From an uncultured Verrucomicrobiae bacterium (GTDB lineage Bacteria; Verrucomicrobiota; Verrucomicrobiia; Chthoniobacterales; JAFAMB01): 64,000 nt of DNA. The position numbers and the translations under genes are program-made. The stretch spans positions 96,001 to 160,000 of the forward strand of contig CAVXLD010000010.1 of the NCBI GenBank assembly GCA_963762565.1, in the 5' to 3' direction. Each line of letters starts with the position of its first letter. The first letter of the stretch is position 1. Shown here piece by piece: positions 42,168 to 53,100 of the stretch. The notes under the pieces are model-generated. The model was not told where the DNA came from, made no database searches, and saw only the letters and a program-made list of their open reading frames with translations.

Positions 42168-43241
42168 TCAACCCCGCGTAATCACCTCCAGAACCCGCCC
42201 ACCAGCACTGTCATCTTTGATCTCATAAAGCTTGCCGGTTGGCGTATCGTTCAACCAGGCAAGCGAAGTTGTGGTGATGATCCGTTGGCCACCCGCCGGC
42301 AGATTTGCAAACAACCGATTCCGGCGACCGGTATCAAGCTCCCCAAATACGTCGTCGAGCAACAGTAACGGGATATCACCGAACTCGGACTCGAGTAGAC
42401 GAGCGTGACCGAGCTTTAGCGCAATCGCCATCGTACGTTGTTGACCTTCGGAAGCGTAAGCAGCCGCGGGTTGGCCACTAAGCCGAAGCAAAAGATCGTC
42501 ACGATGCGGCCCAACCAAAGTGGTCTTCAGCCGGACCTCTTCTTCCGCGCTGGCAGTTAACGCACCCTCATATTCTGCGGTCGAACCGGAATGATATTCC
42601 AGCCCAAATTCTTCTTCGCGTTCGTCGATAATGTTGAATGCCGCGATGGCATCAGGTTCAAGGCGCCGCACTAAAGAGCCGCGCAATTCAGTGAGCCTGC
42701 GCCCAAAGTCGAGGAGCGGTTTGGTATAAGCCGCAACCTCACGAGAACGAGCGGTTGGCATCTTCAAATAGGCGTTGCGGGACCGCAACGCTTTTTCATA
42801 GGACCGCAAAATGTTTCTGTAGTCTCGAAATAACTGACTTCCGAGGAAATCGAGAAATCTTCTTCGCTCTTCACCCGTTCCGCGGACCAGATCGATATCC
42901 GTGTTAGCAAAGAAAACCAGCCGGCCAACCTGAAGATACTCCTGAGCATCTTTCTGCTCTACCGAATCAAGCGCCAATTTGCGGCGGCTGGCGCTGTAAT
43001 AGAACTGCATATGCCGATTGTGGACCATCCCGTCTACAACCAGGCCCTTGGCTCCGGTACGGATGACTGGCGCCAAAGAATTAGTCCTGGGAGACTGGAG
43101 TCGAGTGAGGACGACAACTGCCTCCAAAAGAGACGTTTTGCCCAACGCATTGTTCCCAACGATACACGTAATCTCCGGATGGAAATCCAGGTCGAAGCGG
43201 CTGAAACAGCGAAAGTCTCTTATGGAAAGATTGCTCAACAT
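42168..43241 (-). CDS. recF: DNA replication and repair protein RecF
   Basis: GNNALGKTSLLEA, ERRRFLD, GPHRDDL, SEGQQR, LLLDDVFGELD. Confidence 0.95.
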   Translation of the reverse strand: MLSNLSIRDFRCFSRFDLDFHPEITCIVGNNALGKTSLLEAVVVLTRLQSPRTNSLAPVIRTGAKGLVVDGMVHNRHMQFYYSASRRKLALDSVEQKDAQEYLQVGRLVFFANTDIDLVRGTGEERRRFLDFLGSQLFRDYRNILRSYEKALRSRNAYLKMPTARSREVAAYTKPLLDFGRRLTELRGSLVRRLEPDAIAAFNIIDEREEEFGLEYHSGSTAEYEGALTASAEEEVRLKTTLVGPHRDDLLLRLSGQPAAAYASEGQQRTMAIALKLGHARLLESEFGDIPLLLLDDVFGELDTGRRNRLFANLPAGGQRIITTTSLAWLNDTPTGKLYEIKDDSAGGRVLEVITRG

Positions 43242-43249
43242 GAAATCCG

Positions 43250-43449
43250 AACCGCGAATGGACACGAATTGACGCGAAGACAAAAAGAGAAGACTCAACC
43301 GCAGATGCACGCAGATTTAGTTTCGTAAAATCATACCGACAGCCCGCGGAATCTATCAGTGTATATCTGTGTTCATCTGCGGTTCGTCTTTTTCTTCGTG
43401 TTCAACTCGCGTTCATTCGTGGTTGCTCTATTCGTGTCCATTCGCGGTT
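43250..43449. repeat. Nested inverted 10-bp-period repeat element, copy 1
   Basis: CCGCGAATGGACACGAATTGACGCGAA...CCGCAGATGCACGCAGAT...ATCTGTGTTCATCTGCGG...ATTCGTGTCCATTCGCGG. Confidence 0.75.
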
Positions 43450-44542
43450 AGAGTATTTCTTCAAAGACGCCGCCGCCCAACAGCATTTCGCCGTCGTAGA
43501 GAGCGCAGATCTGGCCCGGGGTCAGCGCTCGTTGCGGGTCGGCAAATTCAAGGAGCGCGGAGTCTTCACCGATCGCTTCAAAGCGGACAGAAACCGCTCG
43601 CGCCCGATAGCGCGGCTTGACCTGAATAGTAGCAAACGAGGGTACCTCTTCGTTAGTAAAGGAGAGCGCTCCTATGCGGCATCGCGAGGAGTAAAGACCG
43701 CGGGACTCAGGCCGATCAAATGCAACGATCAACTCGTTGGTCGCCAATCGTTTCTCGACTACGACATAAGCTTCCGACGGCGTATTAGAAGGCACGCCGA
43801 GGCCTCTTCGCTGACCGAGCGTGTACAGGTGCAACCCTCGATGAGATCCTAAATGCGTTCCGGTCAGATTCTTGATCGGACCAGGTTTGTCAGGGACAAA
43901 TGCTCGCAGAAAATCGGTCATCCGCACATTGCCGATGAAACAGATCCCCTGTGAATCTTTCTTGGTCGCTGTACCCAGGCCGTGTTCAGCGGCCAGCCGG
44001 CGTACCTCAGATTTTTGGAGATCTCCTACCGGAAAGCGGGCCGCAGCAATTTGTTCCTGTCGCAGAAGCGCCAGGAAATAGGACTGATCTTTACTCTTAT
44101 CGACTCCCTCCAAGATATCGTAGCTCCCATCAGCGCGCTGGCGCCGTCGAGCGTAGTGCCCGGTAGCAACCGCATTAAAACCCTGTTCCCGTGCGTACTC
44201 TAAGAAAACACCAAATTTTATTTCGCGATTGCACATCACGTCCGGGTTCGGCGTTATCCCAGCTTCGTATCCCTGAAGTAAATACTGCACGACTCTCGAA
44301 CGGTAAGCATCCATTAGATTGACCACCCGGAAGGGGATGGACAAGGATTCGGCTACGTTGCGAGCATCCTCGATGTCTTGCTGCCAGGGGCAATCGCCGA
44401 ACACGCCTTCTTCGTTGATCCAATTCTTCATATAGGCGCCCTGCACAAACGCGCCTCGCTGCTGCACCAAGAGTGCGGCAACACTGCTGTCCACACCGCC
44501 AGACATACCAACCAGCGTGCGGTCTGAAGAATCGGTTTTCAC
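43448..44542 (-). CDS. mnmA: tRNA-specific 2-thiouridylase MnmA
   Basis: [42 protein letters not shown]. Confidence 0.97.
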   Translation of the reverse strand: MKTDSSDRTLVGMSGGVDSSVAALLVQQRGAFVQGAYMKNWINEEGVFGDCPWQQDIEDARNVAESLSIPFRVVNLMDAYRSRVVQYLLQGYEAGITPNPDVMCNREIKFGVFLEYAREQGFNAVATGHYARRRQRADGSYDILEGVDKSKDQSYFLALLRQEQIAAARFPVGDLQKSEVRRLAAEHGLGTATKKDSQGICFIGNVRMTDFLRAFVPDKPGPIKNLTGTHLGSHRGLHLYTLGQRRGLGVPSNTPSEAYVVVEKRLATNELIVAFDRPESRGLYSSRCRIGALSFTNEEVPSFATIQVKPRYRARAVSVRFEAIGEDSALLEFADPQRALTPGQICALYDGEMLLGGGVFEEIL

Positions 44543-44552
44543 GAGCCTTTAC

Positions 44553-45164
44553 CTATCGAGGAAATTCCGTGCGACCGCTGAATGCTCTCGCGATGGTGAG
44601 ATCATCCGCGCTCTCGAGGCTAAGCCCGGCCGGTAGACCCTGGGCAAGCCGAGTAACTCGAAGCGACATCCCGGCCAAGAGTTGAGATAGATAACTTGCG
44701 GTCGCTTCCCCTTCGACATCCGCGCCAAGCGCTAAGATCAGTTCTCGCGGAGTCGCCTGTTTGATCCTTTCCAGCAAGGCGTCGAAACGCAAGTCTTCGG
44801 GTCCCACGTGATTCAGCGGCGACAACTTCCCACCCAATGCGTGATAGATACCCTGGAAAGCACCGGTTCGTTCAAGGGGCAGAATGTCCGTTGGTTGCTC
44901 GACCACACACAACACGACGCGGTCTCGTCCAGGGTCGCTACAAATCGAGCACAGCTCTCCTTCTGCAAAGAAGCCGCAGTCACGACAGTTGAGAACCGCT
45001 TTTGTACATCCGGTTATTGCCTCACTAATCTCTCCAGGGCGTGAGTTGGGCGCCTGAATCATCCAGAGCGCGATTCGCTCGGCGCTCCGCGGGCCGATCC
45101 CTGGCATCCGGTGAAGTTGCCGGATCAACTCTTGCAACGGCAGTGGGTATTCTACTTTCCGCAC
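44553..45164 (-). CDS. recR: Recombination mediator RecR
   Basis: PGIGPRSAER HhH motif, C4 zinc finger, VVEQ Toprim motif, EGEATA. Confidence 0.97.
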   Translation of the reverse strand: MRKVEYPLPLQELIRQLHRMPGIGPRSAERIALWMIQAPNSRPGEISEAITGCTKAVLNCRDCGFFAEGELCSICSDPGRDRVVLCVVEQPTDILPLERTGAFQGIYHALGGKLSPLNHVGPEDLRFDALLERIKQATPRELILALGADVEGEATASYLSQLLAGMSLRVTRLAQGLPAGLSLESADDLTIARAFSGRTEFPR

Positions 45165-45178
45165 AGGAGCTTTCTAAG

Positions 45179-45338
45179 CGCGAATGGACACGAATGAACG
45201 CGAAGATAAAAAACAAATCCACCACCGATTAACGCAGATAAATTCTTCGAAAACGGCTTCCCTCATTTCACTACGCTTTATCTGCGTTCATCTGCGGTTC
45301 GTCTTTTTGTTCGCGTCCATTCGTGTCCATTCGCGGTT
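45179..45338. repeat. Nested inverted 10-bp-period repeat element, copy 2
   Basis: CGCGAATGGACACGAATGAACGCGAA...ATCTGCGTTCATCTGCGG...TTCGCGTCCATTCGTGTCCATTCGCG. Confidence 0.75.
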
Positions 45339-45368
45339 TGTTTTTGAATTCAGTTAGAGCGGACGCGT

Positions 45369-46943
45369 TCAGGCGGTGACATTCGCTTTACGATAAAAGT
45401 CCACCACTTTTTCGCTAAGGAACTTGTCGGGATCCTCAACCGCGCTTTCTGGAAACACGAGAGCCAGATTAGCATCGCGGTCCCTTAACAGCTTTAGACC
45501 GTAGGGATAGTCCTTGAACAAAACAGTACAGTATTCGGAGACCGGCTGGCCCGCGTCACGGGCTCGGGCTACGATCTTGGGAATCGCTGCTTCTTCGATA
45601 GAAAAGTCCAACCCATACTTCTGAGAGAAAACTACGGCAAACTGGCGTACTTGGTCGGCCTCGTTGAGATCGGCTTGAGTACGCGCCTCGTTCAATAATC
45701 TCTCCAACCTCGCGTTGGGATCCTTGATTACGTGAGCGTCGATAGTCAACGCACGAACTCCGGAGCCCGGCAAAGCAAACTTGAATTCTCGTAAAGCCCG
45801 ATCGCAAACGGTGACTAACCCACGAGCCCCGGTTTTCTCCAACGCTGCCCGCTCCGAAATCTCCCGAAGAGCGTCCTCGGTAAACTTCACTTCGATACCG
45901 AAGGCCGCGAAGGCGCGAACATATTGCCGAATAACGCTTCCCTCGGAGGACGTAAGGATTAGAAAGAAATCGTCCGCTGTGAGCTCGTTACATACGACCC
46001 GGATCGGCAAGCGGCCGATAAACTCGGGTTCAAGTCCAAAATCGATGAAATCCCTGGTAGAGGCCTGTCGCAGCAGATCGCTAGTTCCCAGGGGGGCAGC
46101 GTGAGCGCCGAACCCGATACTGGATTCAGTTAGCCTGCGGTCAACCTGGTCGCGTAAGCGGTCAAAGGCTCCGCTACAGATGAACAAGATATGCCGGGTA
46201 TTGATCATCTCCTTCTTCATCTTACCCTTTCGCTGGAACTCCAAGGCCGACTGTAGCTGCGACTGAATGTCCATGGGATTCCGGAGCGGAACTTCGGTTT
46301 CTTCCATCAGCTTCAGGAGTGTCGTTTGAACCCCTCGTCCGCTGACGTCGCGACCTACGGTGTTTCCACTGCTTGCAATCTTGTCGATCTCATCGACGTA
46401 GATAATCCCGTATTCAGCTAATGTTTGGTCACCGCCAGCGCGGTTAACCAGATCGCGAACCAGATCTTCAACATCGCCCCCGACGTAACCAGTTTCGCTG
46501 AACTTAGTTGCATCGGCTTTAACGAACGGGACGCCGATCAAATCGGCGATGTGCTTGATTAAGTATGTCTTCCCGACGCCAGTCGGACCCAAAACCAGAA
46601 TATTACCTTTGGAATACTCCAGGTCAGCCGCAGCCTTCGGATCTTCCTTTTCAAGCCGGCGGACCAAGTTCACGTGATTGTAATGGTCGCAAACAGCGAT
46701 GGCTAACGTCTTTTTAGCTTCATCCTGCTGGATTACATAGCGATCGAGATGTGCCTTGATCTGCTTCGGCGTTAAATGGAATTCAAACGGATCAAAAGTC
46801 TCTTTGCGCGTTGGAGGTTCTTCTTCGGTCACCTCGGGTTGCGGAAACGCTGCAACAGAAACCTTGTCGCCAAAGTTCGCTTTCATGAACTCTTGGATCT
46901 TCTTCTGCAATTCCTCTGGCGACGGAAACGGAGTTTCAGCCAT
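45369..46943 (-). CDS. clpX: ClpX-like AAA+ ATPase lacking the zinc-binding domain, with a C-terminal extension
   Basis: [12 protein letters not shown] pore loop, DEIDK, RDVSG, IGF loop, [14 protein letters not shown]; start MAETPF at 46943 inferred. Confidence 0.8.
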   Translation of the reverse strand: MAETPFPSPEELQKKIQEFMKANFGDKVSVAAFPQPEVTEEEPPTRKETFDPFEFHLTPKQIKAHLDRYVIQQDEAKKTLAIAVCDHYNHVNLVRRLEKEDPKAAADLEYSKGNILVLGPTGVGKTYLIKHIADLIGVPFVKADATKFSETGYVGGDVEDLVRDLVNRAGGDQTLAEYGIIYVDEIDKIASSGNTVGRDVSGRGVQTTLLKLMEETEVPLRNPMDIQSQLQSALEFQRKGKMKKEMINTRHILFICSGAFDRLRDQVDRRLTESSIGFGAHAAPLGTSDLLRQASTRDFIDFGLEPEFIGRLPIRVVCNELTADDFFLILTSSEGSVIRQYVRAFAAFGIEVKFTEDALREISERAALEKTGARGLVTVCDRALREFKFALPGSGVRALTIDAHVIKDPNARLERLLNEARTQADLNEADQVRQFAVVFSQKYGLDFSIEEAAIPKIVARARDAGQPVSEYCTVLFKDYPYGLKLLRDRDANLALVFPESAVEDPDKFLSEKVVDFYRKANVTA

Positions 46944-47036
46944 TGAAGAACCTAAACGCCAGCCCGGGACGGTGCAAATGAGGCGGTGAGTGAGAGGTGA
47001 TTGGTGAGAAGTGATTGGCGAAGGCCGGTCGGCGCC

Positions 47037-47253
47037 TGGAGGGGAGCCGCTTTGCAGCGCAGCAGCTCCGGCGGTTATTAACAAGCGGCTCCCGGGAATG
47101 ACCCACAGAGCGGATTGGCCCAGATCGTTCGTTGCGCTGAGGCAGAGGCAGTTTCGTAGAGGCCACTGGATCATCGCCCGCCAGGGGTGATTCCCGGGAG
47201 CCGCTTGTTAAACAGCCCTCAGAGCTGCTAAGCTACAAAGCGGCTCCCCTCCA
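47037..47253. repeat. REP doublet family C, copy 2
   Basis: Arms GGGAGCCGCTT-N30/31-AAGCGGCTCCC in inverted orientation. Confidence 0.8.
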
Positions 47254-47315
47254 CGCGCCGCAACTGGCTTTCCGCCGGAAGGCAGTGCATGTTTCGCCGA
47301 TCTCGATATTGCCTC

Positions 47316-47891
47316 ATGAAAAGCGGGAAGAGATTCCTTTGCAGTGCCATCTTCGTGGTTTTTTGCGTCTTCACGGCGCGACCGATAGACAACGCAGCCG
47401 GCGCCGAACAATTTCAACTGAATGTCGCCGGGCTAAAGACTAATGACACTTTGCCTGACCGGTTTTTATATAATCATGCCGGTTGTGCGGGTGAGAATAT
47501 CTCGCCGGAAATCAGTTGGAGCGGAGTACCGGCTACTGCGAAAAGCCTCGCCCTGGTGGTCTGGGATCAGGATGCGCCCGTTAGCGGCGGCTTCTATCAT
47601 TGGGTGATCGTAAACGTTCCCGTTGGCACAACAAAGCTGCCGGAAGGCACGGGCGATGTTGCGAGTCACAAAGCTCCGAGGGGGGCGATCCAGTTGTTCA
47701 ATGATTGGGGTGAGTCTGGCTACGGCGGCCCCTGTCCCCCGGGCCATAGCCGACATCGTTATCATTTCATTCTGTATGCGCTAAACGCTCAGCTTACAGT
47801 CACCGTAAGGTCCAAGGTTTCAGAAGCCACCGCCGCAATCAAACAAAGTGCCATCGCAAGCGCCGAGCAGGTACTGGTTTATGGGCGGTAA
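47316..47891 (+). CDS. YbhB/YbcL (PEBP family) protein, secreted
   Basis: GENISPEISW, DQDAP, FYHW, GYGGPCPP, HRYHF; signal peptide. Confidence 0.92.
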   Translation: MKSGKRFLCSAIFVVFCVFTARPIDNAAGAEQFQLNVAGLKTNDTLPDRFLYNHAGCAGENISPEISWSGVPATAKSLALVVWDQDAPVSGGFYHWVIVNVPVGTTKLPEGTGDVASHKAPRGAIQLFNDWGESGYGGPCPPGHSRHRYHFILYALNAQLTVTVRSKVSEATAAIKQSAIASAEQVLVYGR

Positions 47892-47892
47892 C

Positions 47893-48125
47893 TTGCTGGG
47901 GCGAGGCTCCCGAACCACGCCTCGTATCATCAACACCCCCGCCAGTTCGGTCTTCACGATGTGTTATGTCTAAACGCGCCGAGCCGTTCCTAGCGTGCGC
48001 CGAACGAATTTGGTGGTATGCGCTGGGAACGGCTCGGCAGGTGTTTGGTATAACACATCGCGGGGGCTTAGACCGCGTCTGGCTCCGGCGGTAAGCAGCA
48101 TCATTCGGGAGCCTCGCCCCACCAA
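47893..48125. repeat. REP doublet family B, copy 3
   Basis: Fills the whole gap between two convergent stop codons; inner IR 67-69 nt inside. Confidence 0.85.
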
Positions 48126-48127
48126 AA

Positions 48128-48883
48128 TCAGCGCTTAACCTGCTCCCACAACTGATCCATTTCGGCCAAGGTAAGAGACGCGAAGTTCAGGCCGCGAGCT
48201 TCAGCCAAAGCCTCCATCTTACGAAACCGTTCGGAGAACTTTCGGGTCGCGGCCTGCAGCAGTTCTTCAGCGTCCAGTTTGCTCTTGCGAGCAAAATTTA
48301 CGACCGAGAATAATAAGTCACCAAGCTCTTCTGCTAGTTTCTCGCCCGTCTCGACTTGCTCGAGTTCCTTGATTTCCTCCTTTACCTTCTGGAGAGAGCC
48401 TTCAGGATCGGGCCAATCAAACCCGACCCGCGCGGCTTTCGATTGCGTCTTTTGGGCTTTAGCGAGACCTGGTAAGCCACGAGGAACGCCATCCAAGGCA
48501 GACGCCCGCTCCGTCTTCTCTCGGCGTTTGATCGCGTCCCACTGCTTCAGGACTGCATCGCTGGTGGCTAACTTAGTGTCGCCGAAAACGTGGGGATGGC
48601 GGCGGACCAGCTTCTCAGAAATAACCTCAGCGACTGAATCAAAATCAAAACGCGCTTCTTCGCTGGCCATTTGGGCGTGCAAGACCACCTGCAACAGGAG
48701 ATCACCCAACTCTTCCTGCATGCCCTCATCGTCCTTATCATCGATGGCATCGATCAGTTCGTAACATTCTTCGACGACGTGCGGCTTGAGTGACTCGTGC
48801 GTCTGTTCCCTGTCCCACGGACAACCATCGGGAGAACGCAACCGCTGCACGATTTGCTTTAAGCGGTCGATTGGCGAAACCAT
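48128..48883 (-). CDS. mazG: Nucleoside triphosphate pyrophosphohydrolase MazG
   Basis: GCPWDREQT, EELGDLLLQV, RRHPHVF, GFDW, second EELGDLLF. Confidence 0.96.
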   Translation of the reverse strand: MVSPIDRLKQIVQRLRSPDGCPWDREQTHESLKPHVVEECYELIDAIDDKDDEGMQEELGDLLLQVVLHAQMASEEARFDFDSVAEVISEKLVRRHPHVFGDTKLATSDAVLKQWDAIKRREKTERASALDGVPRGLPGLAKAQKTQSKAARVGFDWPDPEGSLQKVKEEIKELEQVETGEKLAEELGDLLFSVVNFARKSKLDAEELLQAATRKFSERFRKMEALAEARGLNFASLTLAEMDQLWEQVKR

Positions 48884-48909
48884 CTAAAGAATCCCTACGA
48901 GGTGCCCAA

Positions 48910-49758
48910 TCAATTCCTATCTTTCTCTAGTAGCCGGGCTCTCGCTCGTTCCAAAGTCTCTCGCTCTTTAGCTGACAAACTGGCGAGACCGTATTTCGCT
49001 ATTTTATCGAGCAGTCGATCGATCTCGTTGCTATCGGTCTGCCTAAAATCGCTAGTGGGCGCTGATTGGCTGCTGGGTTTCGAAACCACTCGGAAACGAG
49101 GACGCCTGAGAGCGCTAAGCGGGTTGGGGATGCTTGGCAGCTCCAATCCAGACTGCAGAAATCGGATGTATCCAAACGAAGCGAGACACACCAGGGTGAG
49201 CGTGAAGAAACTCAGCCAGTCTCCCTGGCTTATGGACATTATTGCGCCGATGGCATAGGAAATTATGCCGAGCCATCTTAGGGACAAAAAACCGAGCCAC
49301 TGCAAGCCGGGATACAACGTACAAAATGCGATAAAGAAGCCGACTGATACGGAATAGTTGCCGTAAAGCGGATAGGATTCACGAAGGAGAACCGCCCAGA
49401 CCGAATAAGCGATCACCGGCGTTAAAATGAATATCCCGTATAGCGTCAAAAATCTGGCCCGCCCGATGTACTTCTCCACTTCGACGGCGGCAATATATAA
49501 GAAGAACAGGCTAAATAGGGTAAAAAAAGACGGGAGATTAACAAAGCTGGAGGTCAAGATTTGCCAGATCTGACCCTGCAGAATCGATCGGGAGAGCGAA
49601 AAGGAGAATAACCCCAAGAGGTCGATCGACTGGTGCAAAATAGCGGTCAATAAAATCCCGACACCGTAAGCGACGGTCAGCAGAGTGGCGCAATAAATAG
49701 GATAGCCACGAATATACGAGACCGGTCGATCCTCGTTAAAACTGGAGAGTAGTGCCAT
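48910..49758 (-). CDS. Rhomboid-superfamily membrane protein, apparently lacking the catalytic dyad, with a C-terminal IDRLLDKI...SLS domain
   Basis: GQIWQILT loop, E..IG..RFL motif, about six TM helices; GxSG replaced by GNYS and no His in the last TM. Confidence 0.7.
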   Translation of the reverse strand: MALLSSFNEDRPVSYIRGYPIYCATLLTVAYGVGILLTAILHQSIDLLGLFSFSLSRSILQGQIWQILTSSFVNLPSFFTLFSLFFLYIAAVEVEKYIGRARFLTLYGIFILTPVIAYSVWAVLLRESYPLYGNYSVSVGFFIAFCTLYPGLQWLGFLSLRWLGIISYAIGAIMSISQGDWLSFFTLTLVCLASFGYIRFLQSGLELPSIPNPLSALRRPRFRVVSKPSSQSAPTSDFRQTDSNEIDRLLDKIAKYGLASLSAKERETLERARARLLEKDRN

Positions 49759-49857
49759 AGGACAAAAACCTCGGGCGTGCCGGCTCTATTGTAAGGGAAT
49801 TTCGGCAACACGGCAAGGGGAGCGTGTCGGCGAACGGGCGAGAGGGCGAGTGGCTTT

Positions 49858-50097
49858 TGGTGGGGCGAGGCTCCCTGACGACCCAGGTCTTTACCCGGGT
49901 TTAAAGGTATTTCGACGCCGAAGGGGAAACGCCGGGCCGACAATCGTGCCGAGCCGGTCCCTAGCTGCGCTACCCTTCCGGCCCTGGACAACAATAGACC
50001 GCGGCTCGGAAGCGCATCGATACAGCACCCCCTCGGCTTTAGAACACCAGCACTCTCCGCGAAGACGAATCGTTTATTCAGGAGCCTCGCCCCACCA
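49858..50097. repeat. REP doublet family B, copy 4, flanked by inverted 8-mer tracts
   Basis: Outer IR TGGTGGGGCGAGGCTCC; inner IR 70-73 nt inside; GGGCGA-type tract at ~49828-49850 and TCGCCC-type tract at ~50106-50140. Confidence 0.85.
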
Positions 50098-50189
50098 GTG
50101 TTGACTCGCCCCTTCGCCCTATCGCCGGTTCGCCCTTTCGGTCGCTGTTTGCTTCTCCGCCCCAGGGACGCTACTCTTGGCGGGATCAC

Positions 50190-53100
50190 ATGCCTCAGAC
50201 GTTAGATGCTCCGGCGAAACAAAATGGATCGATGGTCCGCAAAGCCAGGAGTTTGGCGGCTCATACATTCAGACGATTGTCGAGGACCAGGCGGGCCAAG
50301 TCCGAGACCCGCAACTTGCTCCCGCTTCTTATCCAGGTGTTGGCCGGCTTTTCCAAAGTCGATGGCCGGATCCTTGAAGAAGAGATCGACTCGAGTCTGG
50401 GATTTCTCCGGTACGATTACCCGGAGGCGGTCTATTCAGAGTTACGGACGCTTTTTCAACGAGCTCTAAGAGAACCTCAGGATCTCTCGTCGATGGCCAA
50501 ACGGTTAGCCGAAGAGCTGAGCCAAGACCGGAAGATCATGCTGGGCGTGCAGCTTTATGACCTCATTGCCAAGGCCGGGATGCAGCAAGAACAGGTCATT
50601 GCCTACTACTCGTTCATGTCGCAGCTGGGCATGGCCGCCCAGGCAATCGACATTGTTTATCAGCTGAATTCCGCAGATTCGGCAGATCCATCGGTCTACC
50701 AAAAAGGAACCTCCCCGCTCGAGTCCGTGATCTTCGGCGAGGACGGAACCGTCGATGTGCCCTTGAAGGAACTAAAAAACGGCGAGCGGCTGATGGCTTA
50801 CCGCTATCATGACCTCATTCTCTTCAAGAACTTAAGTCCTCGAGTTGTGGTGGTGCGAGGCCGTTCCCTTTCACCGGGTGAATTCTGCCGAATCTACCCA
50901 GGGCAAAGGATCATAATCGGTGAACAGGTTATCACCCATCAGGACCTGATCTTCTATTTCAACGCTAAGAAGAACGTCTCACTCCCACGGATCTTTGTGA
51001 CGGTAAACCAGAATGATGAAATCGTTCTGGAGAAAGCTAAAACGAGGGATAGCTCTTTAGAGGTTCAGTTCGGCTTGAAGGTTCAGGTTTTCGCTCTGAA
51101 GAAAGTCGAGGCGAAACTCAATGGCACGCCACTCGAGGCTGGTAGAACGGTAACGGGGGCATTGGAAGATCGGATCGTCTTCGAGAACTCCAGCGAATTG
51201 CTTTTGTCCGATCTGCGCCGCCGAGCCAGAGCCATGGGGGGCCGGTTCCAGTTAAAAGCTTCTAAGTCGGTTTATCTAGTCTCAAACAACGCCTCGCTCC
51301 TTGAATCCGACGATATCCTGCTCAGTCCAGGAACGGTGGGTGAGGTGCTGTTGAAGATTTCCTGCGATTACGATCAATTGGTCGGCACGTTGGAAGTTCT
51401 GCAGGCGGACCGGCCAGTCATGGTTGGTGAAACCATCGTACGGGGCTCGGCCCAACTGGTTGATGGGAATATCATTCGGATCGATGCCGGTCAGATACTC
51501 CGGTGCAACTTCTCGGAGCGTATCATCGAGGAGGAACGCAACATCATCCGGCGCTTGGATGTACAAGATGTTTCGCTCCGCTTTCGGAACGGGGAAACCG
51601 CCCTCGATGGCATCTCCTTTTCCGCTAATCGAGGCGAAATTGTGTGCGTGATGGGCGCCAGCGGCTGCGGCAAGAGCACCTTACTGAAAACGATTTGCGG
51701 CCAGCTTGCTCCCACCAGCGGAGCGGTGTTACTAAACGGCCAATCGCTTTACAACCAGGTTGAGGCTTTACGCGAGTATGTTGCTTACATCCCGCAAGAC
51801 GACGCCTTCGACGAGCATCTCACGATCCACGAGAATCTCGATTACGCGGCCGCTATCCGGTCGCCTCACCTCTCCGCCAAGGATCGCCTGCGCCGGGTTG
51901 ACGGCAAACTGATTGAACTGGGCTTGTCGGAGCGGCGTGACAGCCTCGTCGGCAGCTCGGTGAAAAAATATCTGAGCGGCGGCGAACGAAAGCGGTTGAA
52001 TATCGGCCTCGATATGATCAGCTCGGCTGACGTATTTCTTTTCGACGAACCGACTTCCGGCCTCTCTTCGAAAGACTCGGAGCACGTTATCGAAATTATT
52101 CGGGGTCTTTCTCACAACAAGATCGTCTTGGTGACGATTCACACGCCGACCTCGAAGATCTTTCAGATGTTTAGCAAAGCGGTGTTGCTAGATAAAGGTG
52201 GTCGTCTGGTTTTCTTCGGGACGCCGCAAGAGATGCTCCAGTATTTCGCGTCAGTCGAACACCAACAACACTTCGGGACAGAGCTTGGGGGGTGTCCTGC
52301 CTGTGGCACTACGCGTCCGGAATTCATCTTTGATGTATTGGAAACCCCTCTCCGAGACCTGAGCGGCGACGTGATCTATGAAGAGAACGCTAGAGGCCAA
52401 CTAGTCGCCTCTCGTCGCTATTCGCCGGATTACTGGCGAGACAAATACGAATCGTTCCGCTTGATCCAGGAGATGCGGCAGGTCTCGGTTGTCCAGCCGG
52501 GTTCAACCGCATCGCCGATTCCATCCGCTAAACGGCAACCCATTCGATGGCGAGACGAATGGGTCAAATTCCAGACCGTTTTTAAGCGCGCCTTCGTCAG
52601 CAAATTGAGGAACCGGACAAACCTTTGGACCACAATCTTCGAGGCACCGCTTTTAAGCGCTTTGATCGGGTTTGTGCTGCGGTACGCCGAGAATACGCGC
52701 TACGATTTTGAGCACGCGTTCCACATTCCAACCTACCTGTTCTTATCGCTTGTGGTGGCGATGTTTTTAGGGCTGACCAACAGCGCTGACGATATTATTC
52801 GGGATCGAACCATTCTGCAGCGAGAACGGAACCTCAATATCCATTTACCTTATTACGTCGTTTCCAAGTTTATCACTTTGTCACTTTTCGCGGTCATTCA
52901 ATCGGCGCTTTTCATCGCGATCGGAAACACGATTCTGGAAATCCGCGGCATGTTCTGGCCCTATCTATGGTTTATCGGAACAACCGCAGTCAGCGGAGTA
53001 GCGGGAGGACTCTTAATTTCGGCTTTAGTTGATGATGCGAAAACCGCGGCAAATATCGTGCCGCTGGTTTTGATCCCCCAGATCATTTTGGGAGGAGCAC

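Noticed and set aside
46944..47174. 77-aa N-terminal extension of ClpX in the ORF track
   Set aside because: It translates the family C element and a heptamer tract; ATG 46943 is more plausible
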